Below are positions 13,164 to 26,242 of a stretch of 64,000 nt of DNA, in pieces; position 1 is the first letter of the stretch; every line of letters starts with the position of its first letter. This DNA comes from Owenia fusiformis (Eukaryota), in contig CAIIXF020000001.1 of NCBI GenBank assembly GCA_903813345.2, forward strand, positions 1,116,001 through 1,180,000, given 5' to 3'. The position numbers and the translations under genes were made by a program. Below the pieces are notes generated by a model. It worked only from the letters and a program-made list of their open reading frames with translations. It made no database searches and was not told where the DNA came from.

Positions 13164-15585
13164 GTGGCATCAAGGATATTTGCCATTTAACTAATGATCA
13201 ACGAACCGTTTAAAGCTTTTGTTATTGATCACTCATTGGTTATCAGGTTTCAACTGGGAGTTAATTTTCTAATAAGCTTTCAAATTGCATATTTGCTATT
13301 TATAAAAGATTAATTATCTGATTTTGGATAACATTTAGCTATTAATCCACCAGAGGGTAACCGTAAAATAAAGCCAATTGAACAACATGAATATAAATCA
13401 TTATTTAATATTGCTGTAAGGCCATCGTTCCATTAGACATCTCTGACTTTTAATAAAACGCTGCATTAAATACTCCAAGGAGTTGTTCCTTCTGTATAGA
13501 TCATAGACAGAACAGTTTTCTGTCAATTGTGTAGCATGTTTCCGATTTATTGACACTGTCACTGTTTTCAGGTATAATATCAAGAGAAAATACCCTAAAT
13601 GCCATTACTTTAAAATGGCAAAGAGATGACATATTATAGAACTACATTCCATGCACCCCACCTCTACCGCCAAAGACTAAGTACCGTGTCTTGAACGAAA
13701 GCCCATGTCTCTGGGCATAGGTGTTTAGCTTTGAAATACACAATAATAGTACACATCACGAGATACCATTGCTATTTGAATGAGAAATGCATATTTATTC
13801 TAAAAATGAGTTCTCTTGATTTTAAAGAATGTACACATGCTTGGCAAGCTATCCAAAACCAATGTGGCACAAAGACGATTGACTGTGCACAAAAGCTGAA
13901 CTAAGTATCCATATTCCCTCATTCAATAAGTTGAATGGTACGGACAAAAGAAATCAAATTTTAAACTGTACCTGGCCTGTAACATGCAGTGCAGTGCAGA
14001 TGAACTTAAGTACACCCACTCACTTGTCAATACAGAAGAAATCATTTTTCCTAAAATTGAATCATGGACCATTTGCCTTTCATAAAAATCAGTGTATACC
14101 CAGTGTGTGCGTAAGTTAGATAAACCATTTGTATTGAGTCTTATGAGTATTAATAGCCTCTGTCTGGTCGCCTCGCCTATTATTTCTCCTAAAACCCAAT
14201 ACTCATACTCTATCCATAACAGCATTGTGTATTATCATATATTCCTGGAAAACAAAAAGTTAACAAATCTCCCCAAACCTAACGTAACAATGGAAGAAAC
14301 GTTCAAATCTCAGTAGAGGTAAATTGGGTTGATCCACATTATTATGAGAGGTGAACTCATGTTACATGAAACAACCCATTATCTCGTTACTTTTCTATAC
14401 GTTTACATAATTTGTGAATTTGTATACATCATCTAGATAAAGAGCTTTCAATGTCTTGTATACATAAATATATAGTTACATCAATCTAATTAGTTGAAAC
14501 GGATTAGGGCTTTATGCAAACAGAAACTTCCAAAGATATATGTTCATTTTGAGTGCTATCAAGAATAGTATCGACTTACCTAATTAATTACTGAGGTTGA
14601 GGTTTTTATTTATGTACCAAATGAGCTCGTTATCACTCAATATTAAGTGAATATTAAATATCTTATACTTTCCCAATACTTTTTATATTTTACGTTTATG
14701 GATATTTTGCTTATAATGAAATACGTATGTTTTAATCAGCATCGGTGGCAGAAAGAAAAAACATGCGTTAATCATTGGATATTTTGTAATATAAATTGAA
14801 AATGAATATACCAAATTAAAAAAAATGTTCATAAAATTTTTTCATTTTACTTCAATCATTGGATGAGAGAATACGGTAACCATTTGTGATTGATCTTGTT
14901 GGTGGTATATTGGAAAAACCTTATAATGACAATAGCTAAACTGATTTTCAGCAAAAATATTAATCATTCTTTTGATTTTGATGATAAACCGATATTGCTG
15001 TGAAGTTATATTTATTGTGCACAATGTTAAATTGCCAAATATCTGACAAACTATTTGATTATCTCTTGGCAAAAATGAAAAAATGACAATGATATACTTG
15101 GTCGTCTTGAACAGCGGTAAAATCTAATTGCCATCTAAAGAGTTACTTTCACAGAAAGCATATAAATATACGAAGGGATTATGTTATGTATGACATCATT
15201 GCTTTCACGGAAAGCACACAAATATATGCGACCCTCGGGGATGTGAATGTACTCAATAAATATTATATTCTACGAAAAGTTTAAGGTATGATGGCACTAT
15301 TACTTCACGGAAAGCATATATTTACGAAGAGATTTAAGTCATGACACGCCCATTTACTCTGATCTAAATTTCAATCTTCACAAATTCTAATTTTCACTCC
15401 ACTGCAAAATAAGATTATGCGTGCTCTAGAACATCATGATAAACCATGACATCTCATTTCTTCTCAGCCCTGAGATGTTTCAGGTGAAGCAGAAAGATGC
15501 TATGAGTATCAGAATGGCTCCAGAAACCCCCAGTTAATGGTGGAACTTCAACTGATGATACTGGAAACTTTAAAGAAAAATACAG

Positions 15586-16767
15586 TCAGTTGATATGTTT
15601 TACATCGACCTCGGGTATTGCTGTAAACGAAACGTGATGTCTTTCTCGTGCGCAGCTATTTTTTCCGGAAGCAGCCATCTTGTTTGGTGTACATCCTATG
15701 AACCATCGTGTTACGTTCCATTTTTGCATTATCATATTTAGGTAAAAAGCACGTTTAGTTATTCTATTATTTCTAAGTGTATTGTTCAAAGGAGGAAGAT
15801 GATCGAGATATATATCTTTACATGTAGCAACCTTAAGAGCAGCAAGTCGCATATTCATGAAAAATTCCATGTGCTCAATTGTTTTTATACTATCGTCCCA
15901 TCCTCCTGCGTTTATGACGTCAACACGTTTCGCAAGAAAAATATCTTGAGGTGCGTCAACTGTGTAACAATGAGAGTAACAAGGAACACTTCCTATGAAT
16001 GCATTCGGGTGATGTAATAAATGTATATCTCCATCGGGAGTTTTCTCTATTTGGAATGAGCCTGTAAATTTATGATTGTAGACTCCTGCTACGATGCTGA
16101 TGTCTGTATTGTCCAGAATGCTCACCATTTTTTCAAGATTGGTTAGATTTGTAAAAACAACGTCATCGTCTAGAAGGAATACATACTTTGTTTTAGCCAT
16201 TTTAAAACCCAGGTTTCTTCCTTTTGAAGTTCCTCCCCATATTTCTATTTGAACATACTTAATGTTATTGTTACTTTCCAGTAAATTGTTCCATTCCTTG
16301 CGTAATGATGATCCTGCGTAATAATCATCTACGACTATGATCGCCATTCCTGGGTACCATCGCCAAACGGATTCTACCATGCGTTTCACTAAGGCTAACC
16401 TGTGATGTGTCTTAGTAACCACTGTCACACATTCCACTGGATTTGTACACTCACCCATTCCCGACATAACCCGGGGCGCTTCTCTATTTTCGTTCAGTGT
16501 ACATGGGTATGAATCGCAACCATCGCTTTTTAATGCGTCATATCCAACTAAGTCAGATTCAGAGTCTGAATAAACTATATGATAATACGAACTGTTTTTG
16601 TTCTTTAACATTTTCTTCTGATTCTCTGATAAGAGTTCCGAAGGGCACCTGAGATCATATGACTTCGTTACGGTTGTAATTTTGCTTTCTCCAATAACCA
16701 TAATCATTGCATAAATCCAAATACTACATCCTACTATTAAAACTAAAAATCTCATCAATATTGACAT
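15586..16767 (-). CDS. Intronless type II membrane glycosyltransferase, beta-1,4-N-acetylgalactosaminyltransferase 1/2-like (GT-A fold), 393 aa
   Basis: N-terminal TM (FLVLIVGCSIWIYAMIMVIG); motifs VTVVTKTHHR, YPGMAIIVVDD, SKGRNLG, KTKYVFLLDDD (DxD), TNLEKMVSILDNTDISIVAG, WDDSIKTIEHMEFF match B4GALNT1/2 catalytic domains. Confidence 0.88.
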   Translation of the reverse strand: MSILMRFLVLIVGCSIWIYAMIMVIGESKITTVTKSYDLRCPSELLSENQKKMLKNKNSSYYHIVYSDSESDLVGYDALKSDGCDSYPCTLNENREAPRVMSGMGECTNPVECVTVVTKTHHRLALVKRMVESVWRWYPGMAIIVVDDYYAGSSLRKEWNNLLESNNNIKYVQIEIWGGTSKGRNLGFKMAKTKYVFLLDDDVVFTNLTNLEKMVSILDNTDISIVAGVYNHKFTGSFQIEKTPDGDIHLLHHPNAFIGSVPCYSHCYTVDAPQDIFLAKRVDVINAGGWDDSIKTIEHMEFFMNMRLAALKVATCKDIYLDHLPPLNNTLRNNRITKRAFYLNMIMQKWNVTRWFIGCTPNKMAASGKNSCARERHHVSFTAIPEVDVKHIN

Positions 16768-17235
16768 TTTTTAAACAAAACCTATACTCTTCACATCAAT
16801 GTAAATTCATTTACTATTCTTTTATACATGTATTTATGCATTTTGTCAATTTCAGTCATACCATCAATTCTGCAGTTGGCACATTTGACCTTTAATGGTT
16901 ACATTTGTATGTTTTACTGTGAAACTCGCTCAGGGAGACTCGTACCGGTTGGAATGAAGAGTTAGAAAGGACCAGATGAATTAAGAGTCATTACTCGAAC
17001 GTTCAAAATGATTAATTATGTTTATGCAGCAATTAAATCAACACTGAAATAAAATCAATAAATTGATTGGGGTAACGTAAAATATGTAACAATACGTGTG
17101 CCATACGATAAAACATTGGCAAATCCAATTATTGCATTAAGCATCTGGACACATCCCCCTCCCTTTATCTATTTCTCTCAAGTTTTGTGGGGAATGTGAA
17201 ACATCGTCAACCCTTCATGTTCATATTCCTATATG

Positions 17236-17738
17236 CACCCCGGAATAGCCTGACTACGGTAAAGTCAGATACCGTTGTCACAAATGGCGGACATAACCGT
17301 CGCTTTAATTAGATTTTCAAGAACTGTATGTTTAATAGAGCACCTAGACTAAAGTCCTTTGGAACAACAATCAATCAAAGTGTCTTAATACTCATTGTAC
17401 AGTTAATTATGTTCTACCATCGAAATAAAATCTTTAATTTAAACGATCAAAATGAGATACAGGACAACAGACACTGTAATTATTACCATATGCCGTTATC
17501 TTTCTAAATTACTCAAATTCAGATTCCGTTGTCATTGACGATATCGAAGACACTATATTTTGGCGAATCACGACCCTCATATGATACATTATCAAAAGAA
17601 CTTAATGCATGCACAGAATTAGCGACGATAAAATCCCATGAAATGAGGACCAAGTGAATAAACAGTTGAAGCGACGGTTATGTCTGCCATTTGTGACAAC
17701 GGTATCTGACTTTACCGTAGTCAGGCTATTCCGGTGTG
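17236..17738. mobile_element. Transib-like MITE, copy 1 (503 bp)
   Basis: ~70-bp TIRs with CAC...GTG termini; perfect 5-bp TSD ATATG (17231-17235, 17739-17743). Confidence 0.8.
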
Positions 17739-18892
17739 ATATGGAAGAGTAGGACAAATAAACTTGAGAGCGTGGACGAACTAGTCTTGAAAGAATGATA
17801 TAACAATTACCAGTTTGAAATTTAGTTTCAATTTTTAGGCTCGTGGGAAATGTCATACAATACAGCCCACTCAAAAAGGTATGTTGGCCTTCCCAAAGTA
17901 ATAACCTTACAATAGATGATACTAACATTAATAATAATGTCAATAAGGAACTTGATTGTATGTGTCCCAATATTGAGACTACATACTCAAACTAGTATGA
18001 GCAATTGATAGTATTCTAAATTGTTTATTTTAGGTTGTATTTTTGATTGTTCTACAAGGTGTATCTTAATGGCTTCAATGAGAATGAAATGTTTTACTGC
18101 CGTTTCGAATTTTGATGATTCGTGAATGTTGGGTGATACGCGCGTTTTCTTTGTATAATAAGCTGTAAATCAATTGGGATATTGGATAATAACCATGCCA
18201 GGGTTTTATGTGGTTTTTTATTATCCTGGGATATTTTGCAATCAGGAATAACCTAATTTGAAAATACACAAATGATCTACTCCCCTCCATTAGTTTGACA
18301 ACCCTAACTCCCCGTGTTTGAATTTTTATTTGCATAGTCTGTAAAGAAAATGCTACTTTTAGGGCTTGAAATATAAATTGACATCATTTCGAATACCTCC
18401 AATTTTTCTAAATTTCTTCAACAATTACAATAGGTCGGATATTGGTGACAAATCTGACGAAGTTTTGAAAATCGACATTCCCATGTTAAATCAATGGGAA
18501 CTGATAGGTTTGTCGCAAGGCATATGACAAGATATCCATCCATCCGATTTCTCGCAAAAATACAAGTTAGGTAGAAAATTGAATTTGCGAACTTTGTTTA
18601 ATGATATGTATCTTCACGTTTAACAAAGTTATAGGTCTCCAAAGTAAAGTATTTTTCAAGAAACCTCTCCCATTGAAATAACACAGGAGATGAAAATATT
18701 TAAGTAAACTAACACTTTGCGTACAGAAGAATTAAATTTTCTATATAAACGTATTTTTGGGGGAAGCATTTACTGAATAGATATCCAGAAATCTGATTTG
18801 CCCCTAATCAACCATTTTTCATTGGTTTACGTGGGAATGATAATTTTCAAAAATGAAAATTTATCCACTTAAACTGATAAAATTCAAGTTTA

Positions 18893-19380
18893 AAGATGCA
18901 TTATGCCATAGGTTTCTCCCCCAGACAATCAACGATGTCATATTCACTGGTGATCCACTCGATAACGCTGGTTACCAACAATTGTCGGAACGTCGAAGGT
19001 ACGATTTTTCTTTTTTCCTTACTTCACGCATTGCAGGCAGAATCCCCTCGACATTTTTTCCAACAAACGTGTATCAGTATCATATATTTTAGAAAATGTA
19101 CATGTTTGCGAAAAAATAGCCCAGAAGACTAAAGAATCGTCGATTTAATTCCTCACTTAATACAGAAACGGTATGGGTTAAAAGTGCAGATCTTAACTGT
19201 TTTTCGATATTCCGTTTCTGTAACTTAAGCCGAGGAATTAAATCGACGATTCTGTTGTCTTCTGAACTATTTGTTCGCAAATGTGTACATTTTCTTAAAC
19301 ATATGATACTAATATACGTTTGTGATAAAAAAAAATGTCGTGGGAATTCTGCCTACAACGTGCTATGGCATAGAGCCTCT
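18893..19380. mobile_element. Kolobok-like MITE
   Basis: TTAA on both flanks; termini AGATGCATTATGCCATAG / CTATGGCATAGAGCCTCT; further internal inverted repeats. Confidence 0.65.
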
Positions 19381-20461
19381 TTAAGGGAACTTTCTGATAT
19401 ACCAGAAATGTTAATAAACCCGAATCAACCATTCTGATACTCAGACCATCTCTGCTATGTACATGTCTAGAAGGAAACTGAGAGAAGGCTGTGATATCTC
19501 ACGATGCGAATCAGCCACCCGTTGGCGGAACTGGTAATTACTAACTACTCGCATCTGGGTAATAATAATTTTTATGCATAAACATGTTAACGTTTGATTT
19601 TGAAAATTTTATATTCGATCAGCGCTTGCAAAATATAAGTTGTAACACTATCATATTAGACGCATGCATGATAAAACAGTTTTAACATCTTGGTAAACAT
19701 GTCAAGTGTCCGTTAAAAATAAAATGGCCGGCGCTTATGCCAAGCTCCATCTATTGACATATTCAACATTGGAAAGAGGTATCCACACTCATAGCCAGCT
19801 GCATCCTGTCCCCATACGTATTGGTGTATTGGTATACGTAGAATTTCAAAAATCAAAATTCCTATTCACATCCTCTATTGTCTTGTTTTCGTTGTTGCAT
19901 AATTCTTTCACGATTCGCTGAGCCTGAGTTTTTCATGTTTTGGGATCCAGCGATCTGAAACAGAATAAAGATATGAAGATTGCTAATTCAGATTTTTCAT
20001 GCCAAATGCATCCCTATAATATCGCTCCTTTTGTTCGAAGTAACAACCCCAACCTAAAATGGACTAAAACGAAAAGCATGTTTTAAGTGTAATCACATAA
20101 TTGATTCGCTCTTACTCGCTCATTTGCATGTATTGCTTTCAGAAATTTGTCATAAAGTCTCTAAAGGGGCTTAATCCGGTGAATATGGGGCATTGTATGA
20201 AAATATCTTATTTCAAGACACTCCATTGTAAATTTATTTTCTTTGCTTTGTGGTACATTGTGGAGGTTTAGTATCGTCTTTCCCATTAATCCAACAACCT
20301 TTTGTCCAAGGACTTGTAAAATCATATTATAAGATTTCTTTGATTATACTGGTTAGTCTCATTACATAGTTCCGATATGTATAACTTACATCATTAAACT
20401 GAGCCATAACACTACAATATCGAACCAAACCAAACGTTGACAGAACACACTGTTTTAAATG

Positions 20462-20963
20462 CACACCGGAATTGCCCGACAACGGTAAAGTCAGATACCG
20501 TTGTCACAAATGGCGGACATAACCGTCGCTTCAACTGTTTAATCACTTGGTCCTCATTTCATGAGATTGTATCGTCGCTAATTCTGTGCATGTATTAAGC
20601 TCGTGTGATAATGTATCATATGAAATCCCATTTCGATCAAATTGGGTCGTGAATCGCCACGTCAATGACAACGGAATCTGAATTTGAGTAATTTAGAAAG
20701 ATAACGGCATATGGTAATAATTACAGTGTCTGTTGTTCCGTTTCTCATTTTGATCGGTTAAATTAAAGACTTTATTTCGATGGAAGAACATTATTAACTG
20801 TACAATGAGTATTAAGACACTTTGATTGATTGTTGTTCCAAAGGAATTTAGTATAGGTGCTCTATTGAACATACGGTTCATGAAAATTAATTGAAGCGAC
20901 GACTATGTCCGCCATTTGTTTCAACGGTATCTGACTTTACTGTTGTCAGGCTATTCCGGGGTG
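20462..20963. mobile_element. Transib-like MITE, copy 2 (502 bp, inverted relative to copy 1)
   Basis: Same TIRs and interior as 17236-17738; perfect 5-bp TSD AAATG (20457-20461, 20964-20968). Confidence 0.8.
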
Positions 20964-21618
20964 AAATGGTTACAGATGTATTACAGCAATTTATCACACT
21001 TTACCCATGTTCTGGAACTGCGACACATACCTCTAACCACCGTTACCATGGCAATCGTAACTTTAATACATTTGGACTATGTGGGGTGAAAGTTGAAAGA
21101 TATACAAGTATAGTGATAGTGTTTCCCTACAATCTGTAGCAATTTCATAAAACATAAATATCTTGATTTTTTATATCTTAACTTCTTCGACACCGTGAAA
21201 ATTACTGTATATTTTGTGCATTATTTGTAAGTGGAAGATCTTAAACGACTCAATCCATCCATCGTCGATTTCAACTGGGTCTGGAGGTAAGTACAATTTG
21301 AAATTTTCTGAATCGAGATGCGCAGTAATGAAATAACTGTCAGTTAAAGCATAGACATATAAACCACAAAGAAGATTGGCTCCCAGGATCGAAACTCGAT
21401 ATTTTCCAACAATGAAAACGTCGAAATGTCGTTATTTTCTGAAATTATAACAGACTATAAATTCAAAATAAATGGTTCAAAGCATTCGAACAAATATGTC
21501 GATCATTTATTGAGAGTTTAGGAATTTTTCGTTAGGAAAGAAATACCAAAATTCACGATTCAAATGTTGAAGTGTACAAATGGCGGCTGTTTGAATTCGA
21601 ATTTTGTTTCACAACATA

Positions 21619-22996
21619 TAGTCCATGGTATGACTTCCGAATATGAAGGATCCGTAGCACACTATAGCGCAGCAACATTTGAAGCAATATTTATGGAGGT
21701 GCATATGTCTTGATTCTTTTAAAATACCATTTGCTGAAAAAACTTCCGGCTTTCGGGTCGAAAAATGTCTTTCATCACAAGGGGTTCAAAAACGTAAATA
21801 TTTTGATTCGAACTTTTATACATTTTATAAGACTCTGACCATTATTCTAAGCATACGAACAAAAAATAGATTATCGTAATGTAAAAATATACTTTAATTT
21901 TACTGTGGATGTAGGTGTTTAATTAGTGTAATCACGCAAGTGTGTTATTCAGATTTTGTTTGAATTTTCAAATATGAGCCAAGCAGATTCAACAAAATTG
22001 TGTGAAATATTTAGATAATTTATGATTGGGAATATATAAGTTTTCTTACCATTTAAAACATTTTATTACCAGATGTTTTCCAAATAATCGCAAGGGGTCA
22101 AACAACAAATTATTGTTCATGTTTTATAGAACATAATACAATAATAAATAGGTAAGATGTATATCAAATTAAATGTTGCAGAGGTATTGGAATGTTCATA
22201 TATTCCAAGGGCATGTCTTATAATCAATTAGAGTTATATACAATCGAACGCCTTACAATTCTTCCTCGACGTTACTGCTGGCTATCATCAAGTTTTTGAT
22301 GGTTGCTTCTTCTTTGACCTTACCGCTGGATATAAGCAGATTTAAGGAAGATAATGATAACCATTTTTCTCAATTATTCAGGATTTCGACCAAGTCTTGG
22401 TGTTCTTTTATAAGCAACTGAGCTATATCTTTCTCCGAGAAATATAATTTCCAGCTGTAGTTCCAATTAGTCAAGGAAGAGCAATAGGCTCTCCTTTATT
22501 TTTAATGTTCACCGCTGAATAAAAGTCAATATCTCAAAACGTATTGAGACCCATTTTGTGAAAATCTAAATAATTTAAGCATTTGTCATTCTAATATAAA
22601 AGTTATTAATTTCTAGCATTAATCTTATTAATACCTGAGAAACAATACAAAACGTCGATTCACTGATTACATAATGTTTTGGTATTGATAAGAAAAATAA
22701 CCTCAAACGTATAGCTTAGAAACCTATATCATATATTTAAAATATTTTTGTATTATTTGCTGTTGCATTGTGTTCTCCAAACTGTGAAAATTGGGATTTT
22801 ATTTTTTGGTAATTTTTTTGACCTCTGTTAATGGCAGGCATAATTCACCCTAAAAGCCGGAAGTATATTAAATGGTTATAATAAAAACTATTAGGGAACA
22901 TATGTAGGTATGTTAATGTTAGGTCAAATATCGCTGCGCTATAGTGTGCTACCATCTCCTTTATTAGACGTCCTAGATATTTCATACCATGGACTA
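21619..22996. mobile_element. Academ-like non-autonomous DNA transposon
   Basis: TIRs TAGTCCATGGTATGA...GTAGCACACTATAGCGCAGC / GCTGCGCTATAGTGTGCTAC...TCATACCATGGACTA; TAG..CTA termini; 3-bp TSD ATA. Confidence 0.6.
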
Positions 22997-23947
22997 ATAT
23001 CCATATATGGGTCAGAATATCGATGTTGCACTCTGGGAGCCAATTCTCCTTGAATTTAAATTTCCCGCTATAAATTACGACCTATAGTAAGCTATCGTTT
23101 TATTGCCGACGATAAAGTTGGATATCCATTACTCGTCTTTTCGATACATCCTGTTGGGTTCAAAGCCGCGTCTTATCCTCAACTTTTCATCGTCGGGAGT
23201 AAAACTATGGGCTTTGCATCGAATTGAAATGACTATTGATACGGGTACTGCACATATATAAAGAAACATACAATCTCAGCGTTCATATACTGTGATATGC
23301 ATTGATGAATTCGAACGAGGTTTACCGATATTTTGGCAATTATTAGGTCGTAATTACACTGTGAAGTAATTCTTCAAACTAGTTATGATTTCACGACAAG
23401 GAGGATTGGAAGCCAGGGTTCCAACTCGATATTCTTTAATCTCCATGCATGCGTCATTTGCTATTCGTGTCTGTATAATTTGTACGACTGCATGGAGAAT
23501 GACCCGATACTCTCCAACAAAGCTATCGCTAGGTGATTGTTTTGCAGAATATCGGTGTTGCATTCTGGGAGCCAATCCTCCTTGATTTCACGAGTTGTAG
23601 GCAAAATCTTCACGACCCTTTTGGCACAAACATATACCACCATCCTACAGTCCTATGTTAATGAAAATCTCATAATTTGTAAACGAATGGTTCACGGGGC
23701 GCCAGAATGATCAGAATAAATTCTCACTACTGTTACGTAAACGGAACGGTTAACAGTATGTTCCGTTTTCGTAACTAAAGTGAATTTTTTCGTTTACAAG
23801 TTTTCAGAAAAAACAGATGCTGATACACGTTTTTGGCAAAAAGGTCGTAGCTGCGAAATTTTGTTATGGAAACGGATCCGTTTTCGTAACATTGTGAAGA
23901 GTTGCTCCACAGTTTTATATAGCGGGAGATTTAAATGTTAACTTTAA

Positions 23948-24306
23948 AGGTGCAACAATTAGTGCACGAGGGGCATTCAACGATCATCGACCAGTGCAAA
24001 AATATATTTAAGTTTGGATATTTCATCCATGAGACTAACATATATTTTATTATCTACAAGGAGACCCCCTGGATGAACATTATTTCACCTAATATTCCTC
24101 TTGAAACGTGGTGAATCTTAAAAATGTGGGACCCCCTTTATAGAAGCTTTGAACTGAATTTACACGTATTAATGCTGAAATTGATAATTTACTGTATCCA
24201 TACATTTTAAGAAAATATGTATGTCAAAGAAGAGGTTAAGCCAAATATTGACCTGATAACTCAGAATTTTTTTTTGAATTTTCTCTCTACAGTCCGTGTT
24301 GCCCCT
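23948..24306. mobile_element. Kolobok-like MITE, copy 1
   Basis: TTAA|AGGTGCAACA...TGTTGCCCCT|TTAA; second copy at 29115-29436. Confidence 0.75.
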
Positions 24307-24609
24307 TTAACTGACTAGTTCCATCACTATTGCACGTTCAATCCAATTGAAAACACATGAACTAAATTGTTTAAGATCTTCCAATAATGATAAATAATAC
24401 ACAAAACTAAACAATTCTCAACAAGTATAGAAGTGAGAGAAGCAACCACAAAAAGCATGACTTTAAGACCTGGCTTCCGACCTCATACATCTGACATGCA
24501 TGGTTTATATAACTACGATTTACAGGTCGTTTCGCACTTTTGTTTTCCAATCCTCCGATGCCCAGGAGTGTTTCTTCTTAATCCACCAATAGATGTAATA
24601 AATAACATG

Positions 24610-26242
24610 TTATTGCATACTGCCAGATACAAAGTCTAAAATAATTGAGAACTCGGAGGCTCTCTTGTTGTATTGATGACTTTTGTATCATTGTAACATT
24701 GTCTTTTGTATTTCACTTTTAGAGAAAGATTTATGAAATCTCATGTCTACCAATAAATCCCCAGAAGCACAATGGGAGCATTTATCATTACAATTAAATG
24801 ACCCAAGTTGTTCTTTGCCACACATAGACAAAAAACTAATGTAAGCAAAGCTAAAGAGAGTATTTTTATTCAGAATACCTTGGTATCCTTCCCAATATAG
24901 TGATTGGTTAAAGTTTTAATTAAAAGATGCTCAGGTGTCACAATGCTTTTAGTTCTCTGAGTCATTAAATGTAAGAGTTATATTATTTTTGAAAGGACAA
25001 TATGCTAAAGCATATTGTTTTATCAATGCGTTTCGTTAAATCATATGTCATTTTAGATAAAAAGTATTGCTCTTCTTATTACGTGTTCATCAGCATTTTG
25101 TAAGTGAAGAAAAATGAAAAATGTTTATAATCAAAATTAAACTATTTTAACTTGTTTTTAAACTATTTCAACTTGCTTCTAAACTATTTCAACTTGCTTC
25201 TAAAATATTTCAACTTGCTTCTAAACTATTTCAACTTGCTTCTAAACTATTTCAACTTGTTTCTAAACTATTTCAACTTGTTTCGTAAAGCTCACTCTTA
25301 TCAGATGTTAAGCAGATTTATGTAATTGTCGATAGAATGCATGTTTGTTAATCAAAATCGTTCGATCATGGCAAAGAAGTATAAAATTGTTCTATTTGTA
25401 TTGCTGACTATATCGAATGAATGAATGAATTGATAATTGCCTGGCCATTTCAGAGGTCTGGGATGAGGATTTGAGGTAGCGACTTACCATTGCATCCATT
25501 TGCATAACTGCAACATTTTACACTTCCTCCACAGTCTCGTCGGGGAATACAACCAAAGTCGCGGACTTGTTCGTCATAGAAACATCTGCAACAAATAGCG
25601 TTTCATTTTATCGGGGTGTATACTTTATATCCCATGTTTGAGTCTCGTGACACCTTGTGTAGGATTAACAAAACCGGCAATGAAAATAAAGCATTTTTAC
25701 AAATAAAGAAAAAAGATTCCCCAACTGCTATAAGCGGACTTGTGAAAAAAGTTTTAAAAATGCTTTGTATTCTCTAGTGTTAGCACACTGGGAGAGAATT
25801 ATAGTATAGAGAATTATAAATCTTAAAGATTCTGCTATTTATCATCTGTCTTATGTGTGATAACATTGTCTCTAGGTTGAATAGCTCGAATAAAACTTCT
25901 CAAATTTATATCAAATTTCGTAATTGTGAAAATATATATCTTTAAATCTTCACTGAAGATGAAAACATTTTACATCATTTAACATCGGTTTAATTTATAA
26001 GCTGTTTCTTGTTTCTTTTTGGACTCGGAAGAAAATATCCTAAAATGTATAACTGCCAAACTCATTTTAATCATGTTGTCTAATATAATTCCATTAATCA
26101 ATCAAAGAACTTACACTTGGAATAGTCCACATTTCTCGACACCGTTATCCTCGTAACTTGAAGTACATTCTCGTTGTTTCCTTAACGCTAATATTCCACA
26201 GAACATCGCGACAAAAACTACAAGAAATACGTTAGTTCTCAT
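24610..26242 (-). CDS. Small secreted 8-Cys three-finger (Ly6/uPAR/3FTx-like) peptide, 83 aa, 3 coding exons
   Basis: Exons 26242-26115, 25585-25488, 24635-24610; both donors GTAAGT, acceptors ttgcag and ttattttag, 252 nt in frame. MRTNVFLVVFVAMFCGILA-LRKQRECTSSYEDNGVEKCGLFQVCFYDEQVRDFGCIPRRDCGGSVKCCSYANGCNDFVSGSMQ*. Last exon is the least certain. Confidence 0.75.
25139..25283. repeat. Minisatellite, 21-bp unit, ~7 copies, in intron 2 of the three-finger gene
   Basis: aaactatttcaacttgcttct repeated. Confidence 0.9.

Noticed and set aside
19715-19960. Strong minus-strand acceptor (ttctgtttcag) followed by coding-looking sequence
   Set aside because: All three frames stop early and no family is recognisable; could be a UTR exon or a relic
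24400-24500. Possible GPI-signal exon (..SCFLWLLLSLLYLLRIV*) for the three-finger gene
   Set aside because: No phase-compatible acceptor with a pyrimidine tract in that frame; the acceptor at 24636-24637 is much stronger. RNA-seq would settle it
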